57,892 nucleotides of DNA. Origin: Minisyncoccota bacterium. GTDB taxonomy: Bacteria > Patescibacteriota > Minisyncoccia > Phycocordibacterales > Phycocordibacteraceae. The notes beneath the pieces were generated by a model that worked only from the letters and a program-made list of their open reading frames with translations, was not told where the DNA came from and did no database searches. The stretch's first letter is position 1. Each line of letters opens with the position of its first letter. The DNA lies in NCBI GenBank assembly GCA_022842585.1, contig JALHPI010000002.1:1-57892 (forward strand). The letters are read 5' to 3'. Both the position numbers and the translations under genes were made by a program. This document shows positions 27,999 through 35,872 of this stretch, one piece after another.

Positions 27999-28388
27999 TT
28001 ATTTTTTAAGAGAATCGCGAATCTGTTCGAGTACGACAAGTTCGTCACTCTTCTTCGGAGCCTCTACCGGAGCTTCTTTCGTCTTCTGAAGTTTATTGAG
28101 AACACGAAGCGCCATAAAGAGGACGAACGCAATGATAAGGAAGTCAAAGAGTGCCTGAATAAAGACGCCGTACTTTATGAGTACCGGTGCACCGATTCCT
28201 GTTTGAAGTGAAAATGCGAGGTCGGAGAAGTTCACTCCCCCGATAAGGAAGCCGATAGGCGGCATGATGATATCTTCGACGAGCGAAGAGACTATCTTGC
28301 CGAACGCGGTACCGATAATGACTGCAAGGGCGAGGTCGATGACGTTGCCGCGCATCGCGAACGCCTTGAATTCTTCGATGAGTTTCAT
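27999..28388 (-). CDS. mscL: Large-conductance mechanosensitive channel
   Basis: Internal [36 protein letters not shown] is the MscL signature. Confidence 0.93.
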   Translation of the reverse strand: MKLIEEFKAFAMRGNVIDLALAVIIGTAFGKIVSSLVEDIIMPPIGFLIGGVNFSDLAFSLQTGIGAPVLIKYGVFIQALFDFLIIAFVLFMALRVLNKLQKTKEAPVEAPKKSDELVVLEQIRDSLKK

Positions 28389-28418
28389 ACAGGGAGAGTG
28401 TAGCAAATCTATACTATT

Positions 28419-28494
28419 TGGGGCGACTACAGGGAATCGAACCCTGATTGAGAGCTCCACAAGCTCCAGTGTTAACCGTTACACCATAGTCGCC
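28419..28494 (-). tRNA. tRNA-His(GTG), encoded G-1 and CCA
   Basis: Cloverleaf by hand: G-1:C73, acceptor GCGACTA/TAGTCGC, anticodon loop TTGTGGA, T-arm CAGGG-TTCGATT-CCCTG, CCA. Confidence 0.9.
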
Positions 28495-28973
28495 ATGAAT
28501 TTCACCCGTTCGCCCTCATACTGATGTACCAGAAAATGGCAATTGTGGCAAAGCCACGCGAGATTTGTAAGTTTATTATTCTTTCGGTTCTTATCGATAT
28601 GATGAACGGCAAGAACTCTAGAATCGCTCGTTTTACAAAGTCTGCAAAGCTTTAGAATACGAGCTCGTGCAAGAACTACTCGATAGCTACTCTCGCCCGT
28701 CGTGAAGTTTTTATGCAATTCCCCGATATAGAGTTGATTACGCCATCGTGTCTGACAACTCTTGTTACAAAAAAACTTTCCACTTTTAGACCTATCGATA
28801 TCTTTCGCCTGTTTATAGGTACTTCTTCCGCATATTTCGCATGCTATATCTCTACCCTTCCGTAGGGTAGAACGATAACACTTAGTGGAGCAATACTTAC
28901 CAAATCCTTTCTGTATCCAAGACGGTTTTGAATAGAAGGGATTTTTACAGGTTACGCAGGCAACTTTCGGCAT
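28479..28973 (-). CDS. HNH endonuclease with N-terminal CxxC zinc-ribbon repeats (AT-rich)
   Basis: Internal ATG MPKVACVTCKN... HNH core LAVHHIDKNRKNNKLTNLAWLCHNCH. The last 16 nt overlap the 5' end of tRNA-His. Confidence 0.85.
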   Translation of the reverse strand: MPKVACVTCKNPFYSKPSWIQKGFGKYCSTKCYRSTLRKGRDIACEICGRSTYKQAKDIDRSKSGKFFCNKSCQTRWRNQLYIGELHKNFTTGESSYRVVLARARILKLCRLCKTSDSRVLAVHHIDKNRKNNKLTNLAWLCHNCHFLVHQYEGERVKFMATMV

Positions 28974-29053
28974 AGTACTAATTATAAAAGCCGATACATA
29001 AAACGGAGAGAAGTTGTGTTGTGGATATACACAAACCAAGCACTACACTATCT

Positions 29054-29245
29054 TTACGGATGTCTCTCGCGTACGAGGTACCAACCGAAGTACACAAAGA
29101 AAAGTATGATTTGGAGACTGAGTGCAGTGAGCGTTGCGTGCCAAAGCTCTCCGGTCGTAATCCAGAGAAATGCTCCTGTGACGATAAACGCGATGATACG
29201 CCACTCAAGAGACACTTCGAATGCTTTGAGGAGACGTTCTTTCAT
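29054..29245 (-). CDS. Small 2-TM membrane protein (DUF2061-like)
   Basis: Internal ATG MKERLLKAFEVSLEWRIIAFIVTGAFLWITTGE... Confidence 0.55.
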   Translation of the reverse strand: MKERLLKAFEVSLEWRIIAFIVTGAFLWITTGELWHATLTALSLQIILFFVYFGWYLVRERHP

Positions 29246-29323
29246 TTTTTTATTGTAGTGCAGAGGGAGGGGTTTGGGGATGTGTATAGCAATGCAAAAG
29301 GCGCCTTTCGGCGCTTTTGCATT

Positions 29324-29454
29324 TGGTGCCCAGGAGGGCTCGACCAAGAACATTTCTGCTCGCCGTCGCTCACAGAAATTTCTCGGCCCTGCTCACGCTA
29401 CCGGTTCTGCTGAACCGCTCTACGCGCCCGCTTTCGAGTCCTCTCCTGGTGCCA
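29324..29454 (-). repeat. Family C tRNA-linked structured element (tRNA-Leu(GAG) copy, divergent)
   Basis: Minus strand: TGGCACCAGGAGAGGACTCGAA (17 nt = reverse complement of the tRNA T-loop/T-stem/acceptor), AGCGGGCGCG, GAGCGG-TTC-AGCA-GAA-CCGGTAGCGTG, variable hairpin, then TCGAGCCCTCCTGGGCACCA. Confidence 0.7.
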
Positions 29455-29458
29455 CAAA

Positions 29459-29490
29459 AAAGAAAGCCGACGCTCCCGCGTCGGACATTC
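29459..29490 (-). terminator. Hairpin + T-run directly after tRNA-Leu(GAG)
   Basis: Minus strand CCGACGC-GGGA-GCGTCGG followed by CTTTCTTTTTTG. Confidence 0.7.
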
Positions 29491-29500
29491 TTTTTATGTG

Positions 29501-29582
29501 TGCCCAGGAGAGGACTCGAACCTCCACGCCTTTCGGCACTACCACCTCAAGGTAGCTTGTATACCAATTTCAACACCTGGGC
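29501..29582 (-). tRNA. tRNA-Leu(GAG), no encoded CCA
   Basis: Acceptor GCCCAGG/CCTGGGC, anticodon loop TTGAGGT, long variable arm, T-arm GGAGG-TTCGAGT-CCTCT. Confidence 0.9.
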
Positions 29583-29604
29583 AGGTGCGTAGGCTTTAAA
29601 ACAA

Positions 29605-29633
29605 AGCCGGCCCGCCTACTATAGCGGGCCGGC
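29605..29633 (-). terminator. Intrinsic terminator after rplS
   Basis: AGCCGGCCCGC...GCGGGCCGGCT followed on the minus strand by TTGTTTT. Confidence 0.75.
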
Positions 29634-29649
29634 TCGGTAATTACAAATC

Positions 29650-30150
29650 TTACGCCTTCGCTTCTTCCTTCGTCTCTTCTACTGCAACCATTTCCTCCGA
29701 TGCGCCATCCGTAGCTTCTTCAACTGCCTCGGCAACAGCATCCACAACTTCGTCTACCGCAACCTTTTCTTCTTCCTTGTAGTCGTCTGTTGAAACATTC
29801 ATCATGCGCATATTGCGGAGCTGGCGGCGTACTTCGCGAGCCACCTTTTCACGGATGAAGTAGAGCTTCGCGCGGCGGACTTTTGAGCGCTTTACGATTT
29901 CAATCTTCTCGATAAATGGGGCAAAAAGCGGGAATACGCGCTCAACGCCGATACCTGAGAGGGTCGCACGGACCGTAAAGGTGCCTCCCGCCTCATGGCC
30001 GTGCTTCGTTGCAAGGACAAGCCCTTCAAACGCCTGGGTACGGGTCTTCCCCTTTTCGATAATCTTCTGGTGTACGCGAACGGTATCGCCCGGGCGGATG
30101 CCGAGCTTGGTGCGCTCTTCGGTTTTAACCGGAGTAATAATCCCTGCCAT
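29650..30150 (-). CDS. rplS: 50S ribosomal protein L19 with acidic C-terminal extension
   Basis: 166 aa, [26 protein letters not shown]...KLYFIR signature. Confidence 0.93.
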   Translation of the reverse strand: MAGIITPVKTEERTKLGIRPGDTVRVHQKIIEKGKTRTQAFEGLVLATKHGHEAGGTFTVRATLSGIGVERVFPLFAPFIEKIEIVKRSKVRRAKLYFIREKVAREVRRQLRNMRMMNVSTDDYKEEEKVAVDEVVDAVAEAVEEATDGASEEMVAVEETKEEAKA

Positions 30151-30174
30151 AGTCGCGAAACTGTAGCATACGGC

Positions 30175-30915
30175 CTACGCGGTAGCAAGAATGCCGTCTG
30201 CGCCCTCGAATCGGGCGAGTCCTTTCTTGAGGTCCTCGGGGACTGGGGCTGTAAGCACGAGCCGTTCCCCGTTTTGCCACGGAAGGTCGAGCGAGAGCGC
30301 ATGAAGACCGAGCCGTCCGAAGTCGAGGTCGCATGCGCGGTTAGGCGCATACAAGGGATCGCAGACAATCGGGTGATGTATCGCTTTCAGATGTACGCGT
30401 ATCTGATGGGTCCTCCCTGTTTGCGGATAGATTTTCATAAGGGAGTGCGTGCCGTTGTCCGCGATGACTTCGTACTGCGTTATCGCTTCGCGAAGCGTTC
30501 CTTTTGCTTTCGGTTGCGCGGAACGAAGCCTAAAGTCCTGGCGCGAGCGTCCGATGGAGAAATCTATCGTGCCGTTACGCTCCTTCGGAACGCCGTATGC
30601 AAACGCAAGATACGTCTTCTTCGCTTCGCGCGTATGGAACACTTCTTTTAGGAACTCGTGCGCTTCCTGCGTCTTTGCAAGTACGAGTACGCCTGAGGTG
30701 TCGCGATCAAGCCGGTGCACGACGCCCGGACGACGTATCTCGCTCCCGTCTTGAAGCTTCTGCGTCTCCCCTACTTCGCTTGATGCGGGGTATTTTTTTG
30801 CAAACCAGTCGCTCACCGTTTCTTCGGTTGTTTTTCCGTCCGGGTGCGTCATGACGCCCGCAGGTTTGTCGATAACGACGATGTCGTCGTCTTCGTAGAT
30901 TATGGGGAGTTCCAT
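30175..30915 (-). CDS. RluA-family pseudouridine synthase (no S4 domain)
   Basis: VIDKPAGVMTHP and HRLDRDTSG catalytic Asp motifs. Confidence 0.88.
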   Translation of the reverse strand: MELPIIYEDDDIVVIDKPAGVMTHPDGKTTEETVSDWFAKKYPASSEVGETQKLQDGSEIRRPGVVHRLDRDTSGVLVLAKTQEAHEFLKEVFHTREAKKTYLAFAYGVPKERNGTIDFSIGRSRQDFRLRSAQPKAKGTLREAITQYEVIADNGTHSLMKIYPQTGRTHQIRVHLKAIHHPIVCDPLYAPNRACDLDFGRLGLHALSLDLPWQNGERLVLTAPVPEDLKKGLARFEGADGILATA

Positions 30916-30947
30916 ACGGCCACCCTATCACACCCGAGTTTTCAAAG

Positions 30948-31952
30948 TCACGAAACGAGTGAATTTCCAAAATCCATCAACTGCTCTTTCTTCTCTTGTG
31001 GAAGGGATGTGCGTGCGAGCGCATCATACGCACGTGACTTGTGTCCCGTTATCTTTGCGTTCGTGTATGCGAGAGCGTCTGTTTCTTCAACGAGAGCCAG
31101 TATGGTTTCTGTCGAGGCTTTCGTGTCTGCATAGTACGCAAGGAATTCTTGCTGCTTGGTACCAAGCACGTCTCGAGCACGAATGATTGGTAATGTTTTC
31201 TTTCGCTCCTCAATATCTCCTGCGGGGGTCTTTCCCGTTTGAGCTGTCGTCGCCCATAAAGACTGGACATCATCAAAAAGTTGATATGCCATCCCGAACT
31301 CCCGCCCAAATGTTTCAAGGGCATCAATTTCTGTTTGCGACTGACCGGCAATATATCCTGCAGTCGCCGTCGTTGCGCCAATCAATGCGGCACTTTTCTT
31401 GTCTATCATTTTAAGATACACCACTTCAGTTACCTCCGCATTCGCAAGATTTGCTTCGGTGAGGGAAAAATCTAGATGTTGCCCTTCAATTACTTCGCGA
31501 TACCTGGCGAGTAGGAATGATTGGAGCACGCGATAGGTTGAGGAGTTGGCCGGCATAGTCGCAAGCGCTTCAAGCGCAAGAACAAGCTGTGCGTCTCCTA
31601 CATTTATTGCTTTGTTTACTCCCCATACCTTCCAGACCGTTGGCCTGCCACGACGGAGTTCATCATTATCTTCAATATCATCATGTATTAATGAGAAGTT
31701 ATGGAAAAGCTCAATGGAGAGTGCTGCGGGCATTGCATCATCCAGACAGCCATAGCCATCAGCAATAGCGAGAAGGACTGCCGGTCTAAAGCGCTTGCCG
31801 GTTCTGCTCGTAATCGGGGTAAAGTGCTCATCGGTATATCCCATGAAGTAGCGCAACATACCGTACATATCGGATGATTCCTTCGTCAGGAAGGCATTTG
31901 CAATCGGGTCTATTTTTGCACCATACGTACGAACACTATCTCCGTTACTCAT
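30948..31952 (-). CDS. Polyprenyl diphosphate synthase (trans-IPPS family)
   Basis: First DDxxD (LIHDDIEDNDELRRGRP) and second Asp-rich motif (LFDDVQS). Confidence 0.88.
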   Translation of the reverse strand: MSNGDSVRTYGAKIDPIANAFLTKESSDMYGMLRYFMGYTDEHFTPITSRTGKRFRPAVLLAIADGYGCLDDAMPAALSIELFHNFSLIHDDIEDNDELRRGRPTVWKVWGVNKAINVGDAQLVLALEALATMPANSSTYRVLQSFLLARYREVIEGQHLDFSLTEANLANAEVTEVVYLKMIDKKSAALIGATTATAGYIAGQSQTEIDALETFGREFGMAYQLFDDVQSLWATTAQTGKTPAGDIEERKKTLPIIRARDVLGTKQQEFLAYYADTKASTETILALVEETDALAYTNAKITGHKSRAYDALARTSLPQEKKEQLMDFGNSLVS

Positions 31953-32629
31953 ACGCCGAAGTTACGTTTAATAGACCGATAGGTTTTAATACACGTATCA
32001 AATTCTTCTCTCGTAAACGCAGGCCAGAGTGTCTTGGTAAACATCAGCTCGCTGTACACGCTTTGCCAAGGAAGAAAATTAGAGAGGCGCTGGTCTCCTC
32101 CGGTCCTAATAATGAGTTCAGGGTCAGGCAGTCCTGCACTCCATAATGCATCACTGAACTCATCTTCGGTCACCCGTTCCCTGCCCTTTGCAAGCACCGT
32201 ATTCACCGCATCTAGTATCTCTGCGCGACCACCATATGAAAGCAGTATGGCCAGTACGAATGGGCAGTGTGCAGATTCTTGCTCTCGTTGTGCCATCAAT
32301 TTCTGTATATGTCCTGAGAAACGTGTTCGATCACCAACGAAACGCAAAGAAACTTCCTCGCGCAACTCGTCAAAACCAGAAGTGAGCTGCTCCTCAAGAA
32401 GCGACATCATTTGAGCAACTTCACGAGGATCGCGCTTCCAGTTTTCCGTGCTAAACGCATACACATATACACACGTGACACCTTGGTCCTTTGCCCACTT
32501 CACAACTTCCTTTAGTTTCTCCGCACCTTGCCGATGTCCTTCTGTGGCAGACATCTGGCGTTCAGATGCATAGCGTCGATTGCCGTCCATAATTAGTCCG
32601 ACGGATTGTGGTATTACGGCATCAGTCAT
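31949..32629 (-). CDS. uppS: Undecaprenyl diphosphate synthase (cis-IPPS)
   Basis: GLIMDGNRRYA and RTGGDQRLSNFLPWQ motifs. Confidence 0.93.
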   Translation of the reverse strand: MTDAVIPQSVGLIMDGNRRYASERQMSATEGHRQGAEKLKEVVKWAKDQGVTCVYVYAFSTENWKRDPREVAQMMSLLEEQLTSGFDELREEVSLRFVGDRTRFSGHIQKLMAQREQESAHCPFVLAILLSYGGRAEILDAVNTVLAKGRERVTEDEFSDALWSAGLPDPELIIRTGGDQRLSNFLPWQSVYSELMFTKTLWPAFTREEFDTCIKTYRSIKRNFGV

Positions 32630-32897
32630 AACGTATAGAAAAGTCAGTATACCCTCCCCTGGCTTCCCTGTAGACGAACCGAACGTCTTCCACCCGCGCT
32701 AAGAGCGGGCCTTTCTTCAGTTTCTCTACATATACTTCTAGTTTTGCACGAGGACCCTCCGCCACCACCCGCACCGTCCCGTCCTTTAGATTCTGTACTT
32801 CACCTACGAGGCGTAGCCCTCGTGCCTTTCGCTGTGCGAAGTCCCGATACATCACCATTTGCACCCTTCCGGACACTAGTGCCTCGAGTCGTTCCAT
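32622..32897 (-). CDS. acyP: Acylphosphatase
   Basis: 91 aa, VSGRVQMVMYRDFAQRKA...GEVQNLKDGTV signature. Confidence 0.88.
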   Translation of the reverse strand: MERLEALVSGRVQMVMYRDFAQRKARGLRLVGEVQNLKDGTVRVVAEGPRAKLEVYVEKLKKGPLLARVEDVRFVYREARGGYTDFSIRYD

Positions 32898-33023
32898 AGG
32901 CTTTTAAAAATACACTATTTCGGGTATCTTCTTATCTACAGGGCTGTTTTGTTCAAGCGCTTAGGTTAGTTTGTAGAAACGTCCGCGTTCGTGTACCACA
33001 TAGGTGGAAAGTAGATATTGTTC

Positions 33024-33096
33024 GGGCGCTTAGCTCAGTTGGTAGAGCATCCCGTTTACACCGGGCAGGTCAGAGGTTCGAGTCCTCTAGCGCCCA
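33024..33096 (+). tRNA. tRNA-Val(TAC), no encoded CCA
   Basis: Acceptor GGGCGCT/AGCGCCC, D-arm GCTC-AGTTGGTA-GAGC, anticodon loop TTTACAC, T-arm AGAGG-TTCGAGT-CCTCT. Confidence 0.9.
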
Positions 33097-33103
33097 CAAA
33101 GAC

Positions 33104-33136
33104 GAAAATCCTAGCGTAAGCTAGGATTTTCGCTTT
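33104..33136 (+). terminator. Hairpin + T-run directly after tRNA-Val
   Basis: GAAAATCCTAGC-GTAA-GCTAGGATTTTC followed by GCTTTT. Confidence 0.7.
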
Positions 33137-33263
33137 TGGGCGCTAAGCAAAGCGTGGGGCGCTTTGCGTGAGCTGCGGAGCAGAAAAGTCGCAGGCGGGT
33201 AGCCGAGACGGGGTCGCAGAATTTTCCAGCAAGAAAATATCTGTGACCGGGCCCTAGCGCCCA
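33137..33263 (+). repeat. Family C tRNA-linked structured element (tRNA-Val copy)
   Basis: TGGGCGCTA (reverse complement of the acceptor 3' strand) ... GAGACGGGG, GGTCGCAGA-ATTTTCC-AGCA-AGAAAAT-A-TCTGTGACC ... CTAGCGCCCA (direct copy). Confidence 0.8.
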
Positions 33264-33332
33264 GCCACAAACCGTGACCACAAAAAATGACGACACGACA
33301 AGCGCTTGATCGAGCTCTAGCGCCATCGCGAT

Positions 33333-34568
33333 ATGATTCGGTATACTTTACCTAACCGTATGAACAGTTCCGAGTATCCTCCAAAAGAAAAAGGGTTCGG
33401 GTCGATGGCTCGCCAGTGGATTTTGCGTCCATACGAAAGCACGCGTGCATTCCTTACCGAAACGGAAGACTTTTTCCTTGCCGGGACCCAAATGACGCGG
33501 ACTGGCCCTCCAAGCCTTGAGAATGCGACAAAGCGTTTGTTTGCAACGATGAGCGCTGAGTACCAACGGTTACGCGCAAACGGACTCATAAAAAAGAATC
33601 GCAAAGGCGTCTCAAAAATAGAAGAGCGCGCAAAAAAGGTAGCGAAAGCACGTGAGCAGGTTACGGAAAAATTTGACGCACTCAATGAATTTCTTGACGG
33701 TAGGATTGAAGAGATAAACGAGATACTTGAAGGAGCTTCGGAGCTTATCCCATTCCGGCTCCTCGAAGAGTTTGCGAATATCGACCAGCTCCAGGAAGAG
33801 CTCGATTTCATGCAACAGCACCTACGCACTGAAATGCGCGAACTTGGAGCCGGCAAGTCCTTCCCTATCGCGACCATAGACGCCAACCAGGAAGCATCCC
33901 TTACTGCCATGGACAGTGCGCTCCGCCTCATCAACGAGCTTCGAATGGATGTGTTTGCACGTCACGATGAAATCAAGAAGGCAGAGAAGAAGTTCCGTAA
34001 AGCACAAGCGTCCGCATTTGAAGCTGATATGCGTACCTATAAGCGACAGCAGGCGCTTGATCGCCTCGAATCCCTTCGCCACGGACTCCACCAGGTAATA
34101 TTGAAACGTATTGCGAATAGACGAAAGCTTGGTGAAATATCGCTTCGTATAGAAGAACTTTCCTACGGAAAAAATCCTACGGAAAAACGACGAGAGACAG
34201 AGGTATTCGGTGCGCGGTATTTGAAACAACAACTGCAGGATTTTAAGAAACGGGCTGAGCAATTCGCAGACGCAAAGCAGTTGCATACACGAGTCGCTTC
34301 CGTGCAAGACATTGCCGAGCTCGGACGCCGCCCGCAGGTCTACGATGTAGAGAAATGCGTAGGGGGGTTGGTTTTGAACCCCGGACTTCGCTCCATGCTT
34401 ATGAAAGTTCTCTTCCCTGTTCCGAAAGAGGAGCCGGGGTTCATACCAGCCATACGGTACGGAGCGGTTCACCGCGTACAACTAGAAAGGATGATTGCTG
34501 GTATTGAAGACTTTCTTAACCCGCCAAAAGAAGTTGCAGAAGAACCAGAATTACAAGAACACGTATGA
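33333..34568 (+). CDS. Hypothetical coiled-coil-rich protein (411 aa)
   Basis: Long ORF rich in E/K/R/L/Q, no catalytic motif recognised. Lower GC than its neighbours. The long antisense ORFs are shadows. Confidence 0.6.
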   Translation: MIRYTLPNRMNSSEYPPKEKGFGSMARQWILRPYESTRAFLTETEDFFLAGTQMTRTGPPSLENATKRLFATMSAEYQRLRANGLIKKNRKGVSKIEERAKKVAKAREQVTEKFDALNEFLDGRIEEINEILEGASELIPFRLLEEFANIDQLQEELDFMQQHLRTEMRELGAGKSFPIATIDANQEASLTAMDSALRLINELRMDVFARHDEIKKAEKKFRKAQASAFEADMRTYKRQQALDRLESLRHGLHQVILKRIANRRKLGEISLRIEELSYGKNPTEKRRETEVFGARYLKQQLQDFKKRAEQFADAKQLHTRVASVQDIAELGRRPQVYDVEKCVGGLVLNPGLRSMLMKVLFPVPKEEPGFIPAIRYGAVHRVQLERMIAGIEDFLNPPKEVAEEPELQEHV

Positions 34569-34810
34569 CCACACACGAACTACTTCAACTGTTTCTTGAA
34601 GACCCGGACCTTGCCGTGTACGCGACCGAACCGGAACTCGAGGCACTTGCCTTACGCAATCCGGATGAGGAAGCTTCCCGCGGTGATTTCGAAAAAATAA
34701 ATACGATGTGCGGACGGTTGAACATACAAATGCTCGAACAACTAGATGAACTGGATGAAGCGGATGCGCAACTAATCCAACTGCAAAAAGAAATAGGTGC
34801 GTCAGAATAG
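34565..34810 (+). CDS. Small acidic hypothetical protein (81 aa)
   Basis: ATGA start/stop overlap with the upstream ORF. Followed by a terminator. Confidence 0.55.
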   Translation: MTTHELLQLFLEDPDLAVYATEPELEALALRNPDEEASRGDFEKINTMCGRLNIQMLEQLDELDEADAQLIQLQKEIGASE

Positions 34811-34811
34811 C

Positions 34812-34837
34812 AAAAACCTCCGCACTCCGGAGGTTTT
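34812..34837. terminator. Bidirectional terminator
   Basis: AAAAACCTCCG-CACT-CCGGAGGTTTT. Confidence 0.8.
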
Positions 34838-34841
34838 GCAT

Positions 34842-34926
34842 TGGTGGGCATGGGGAGAGTCGAACTCCCATGGATTGCTCCAGCCGCTTCTGAGACGACA
34901 GCGTATACCAGTTCCGCCACATGCCC
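34842..34926 (-). tRNA. tRNA-Leu(CAG), CCA encoded
   Basis: Acceptor GGGCATG/CATGCCC, anticodon loop CTCAGAA, long variable arm, T-arm GGGAG-TTCGACT-CTCCC, ACCA. Confidence 0.88.
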
Positions 34927-34939
34927 GTGTTTTTTCTTG

Positions 34940-35011
34940 TGCTCCCACCAGGAATCGAACCTAGATCGACGGCTTAGAAGTCCGCAGCTTTATCCATTAA
35001 GCTATGGGAGC
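34940..35011 (-). tRNA. tRNA-Arg(TCT), no encoded CCA
   Basis: Acceptor GCTCCCA/TGGGAGC, anticodon loop CTTCTAA (one mismatch in the anticodon stem), T-arm CTAGG-TTCGATT-CCTGG. Confidence 0.8.
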
Positions 35012-35043
35012 AAGGTAAGGTGAACTAGGAAACAGTACTGGCC

Positions 35044-35355
35044 CTAACGCGATGGGTCAACAAAGCGGTACTCGTTTCTATACCGCGCCTCTTCCGCCTC
35101 CTTCTTTTTGAACAATTCCTGTGCCTTCTCGAAGGAGCTTGCGTCCACCTCCTGCTGTGGCGCGGGTGCCTGAATAGTTTTCTCTTCCGTCAGCACCGCG
35201 AAAAAGAACCATACGTTCCAGAGCACGCTGGCGAAAATGAGTACGAGACCAGACGCGAGTACCATCATCCAATCGCGTGAAGGATTGAGGCGCTTTACGC
35301 CTTGCGGTTTAAGGAAGCGTTGAAGCGATGCGGTGATTTTTTTGAGCGGGTCCAT
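35044..35355 (-). CDS. Single-TM protein at the end of the pilM/N/O cluster
   Basis: 103 aa, one TM (WMMVLASGLVLIFASVLWNVWFFFAVL). Function unknown. Confidence 0.6.
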   Translation of the reverse strand: MDPLKKITASLQRFLKPQGVKRLNPSRDWMMVLASGLVLIFASVLWNVWFFFAVLTEEKTIQAPAPQQEVDASSFEKAQELFKKKEAEEARYRNEYRFVDPSR

Positions 35356-35356
35356 A

Positions 35357-35872
35357 TTATTTCAGTTCGGTACCAACGACGAATACGCCGACAGCGCTCC
35401 ACGTCTCCCCTTTATCGGGCGTATCAAGCGTGAGATCGCTTACCATGTTCGCGTACGGGCCGTTCTCTATCGCGCCAAGCGTTCGCATAACGGCATCAAA
35501 TGTTCCGGTAATCGAAAGAGAGAGCGAAATTTTGCCATTCGACGCCTTCCCCTCCCCCGACACGGATGCGACTTGCACGGTCGCTCCGAATGCTTTGCCG
35601 GTTCCTTCAATCGTCTCAAGAAAAAGAACAATGTCGTCCGTTTTTACCAGATGCGATGCGATGAAGTTTTCCTGCGCGAGCAAGTCATCCTCCGCCGTGC
35701 GCGCTGATGCCGCTCGGATTCGTTCCCCCTCTTTTGCGAGGATGTCGGTTTCAAGCTGCGCGGTTTCGGTGCGCAACCCCTGCATTAGGTCGTACCAAAA
35801 TACGTAGCCGCCAATCGCACTTAGCGCGATAAGGACTGACACGATCAAAGAGAGGGCGGGTCCTTTTTTCAT
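35357..35872 (-). CDS. pilO: PilO-like type IV pilus assembly protein
   Basis: 171 aa, N-terminal TM, coiled coil, ferredoxin-like C-terminus. Position after pilN. Confidence 0.65.
   Translation of the reverse strand: MKKGPALSLIVSVLIALSAIGGYVFWYDLMQGLRTETAQLETDILAKEGERIRAASARTAEDDLLAQENFIASHLVKTDDIVLFLETIEGTGKAFGATVQVASVSGEGKASNGKISLSLSITGTFDAVMRTLGAIENGPYANMVSDLTLDTPDKGETWSAVGVFVVGTELK

Noticed and set aside
33097-33263. Family C elements as tRNA introns, split or permuted tRNAs, or group I introns.
   Set aside because: In all four cases the upstream tRNA gene is already complete with an intact T-arm and acceptor. The element lies beyond a hairpin + T-run, not in the anticodon loop. The distal 3'-end copies are partial in two cases.
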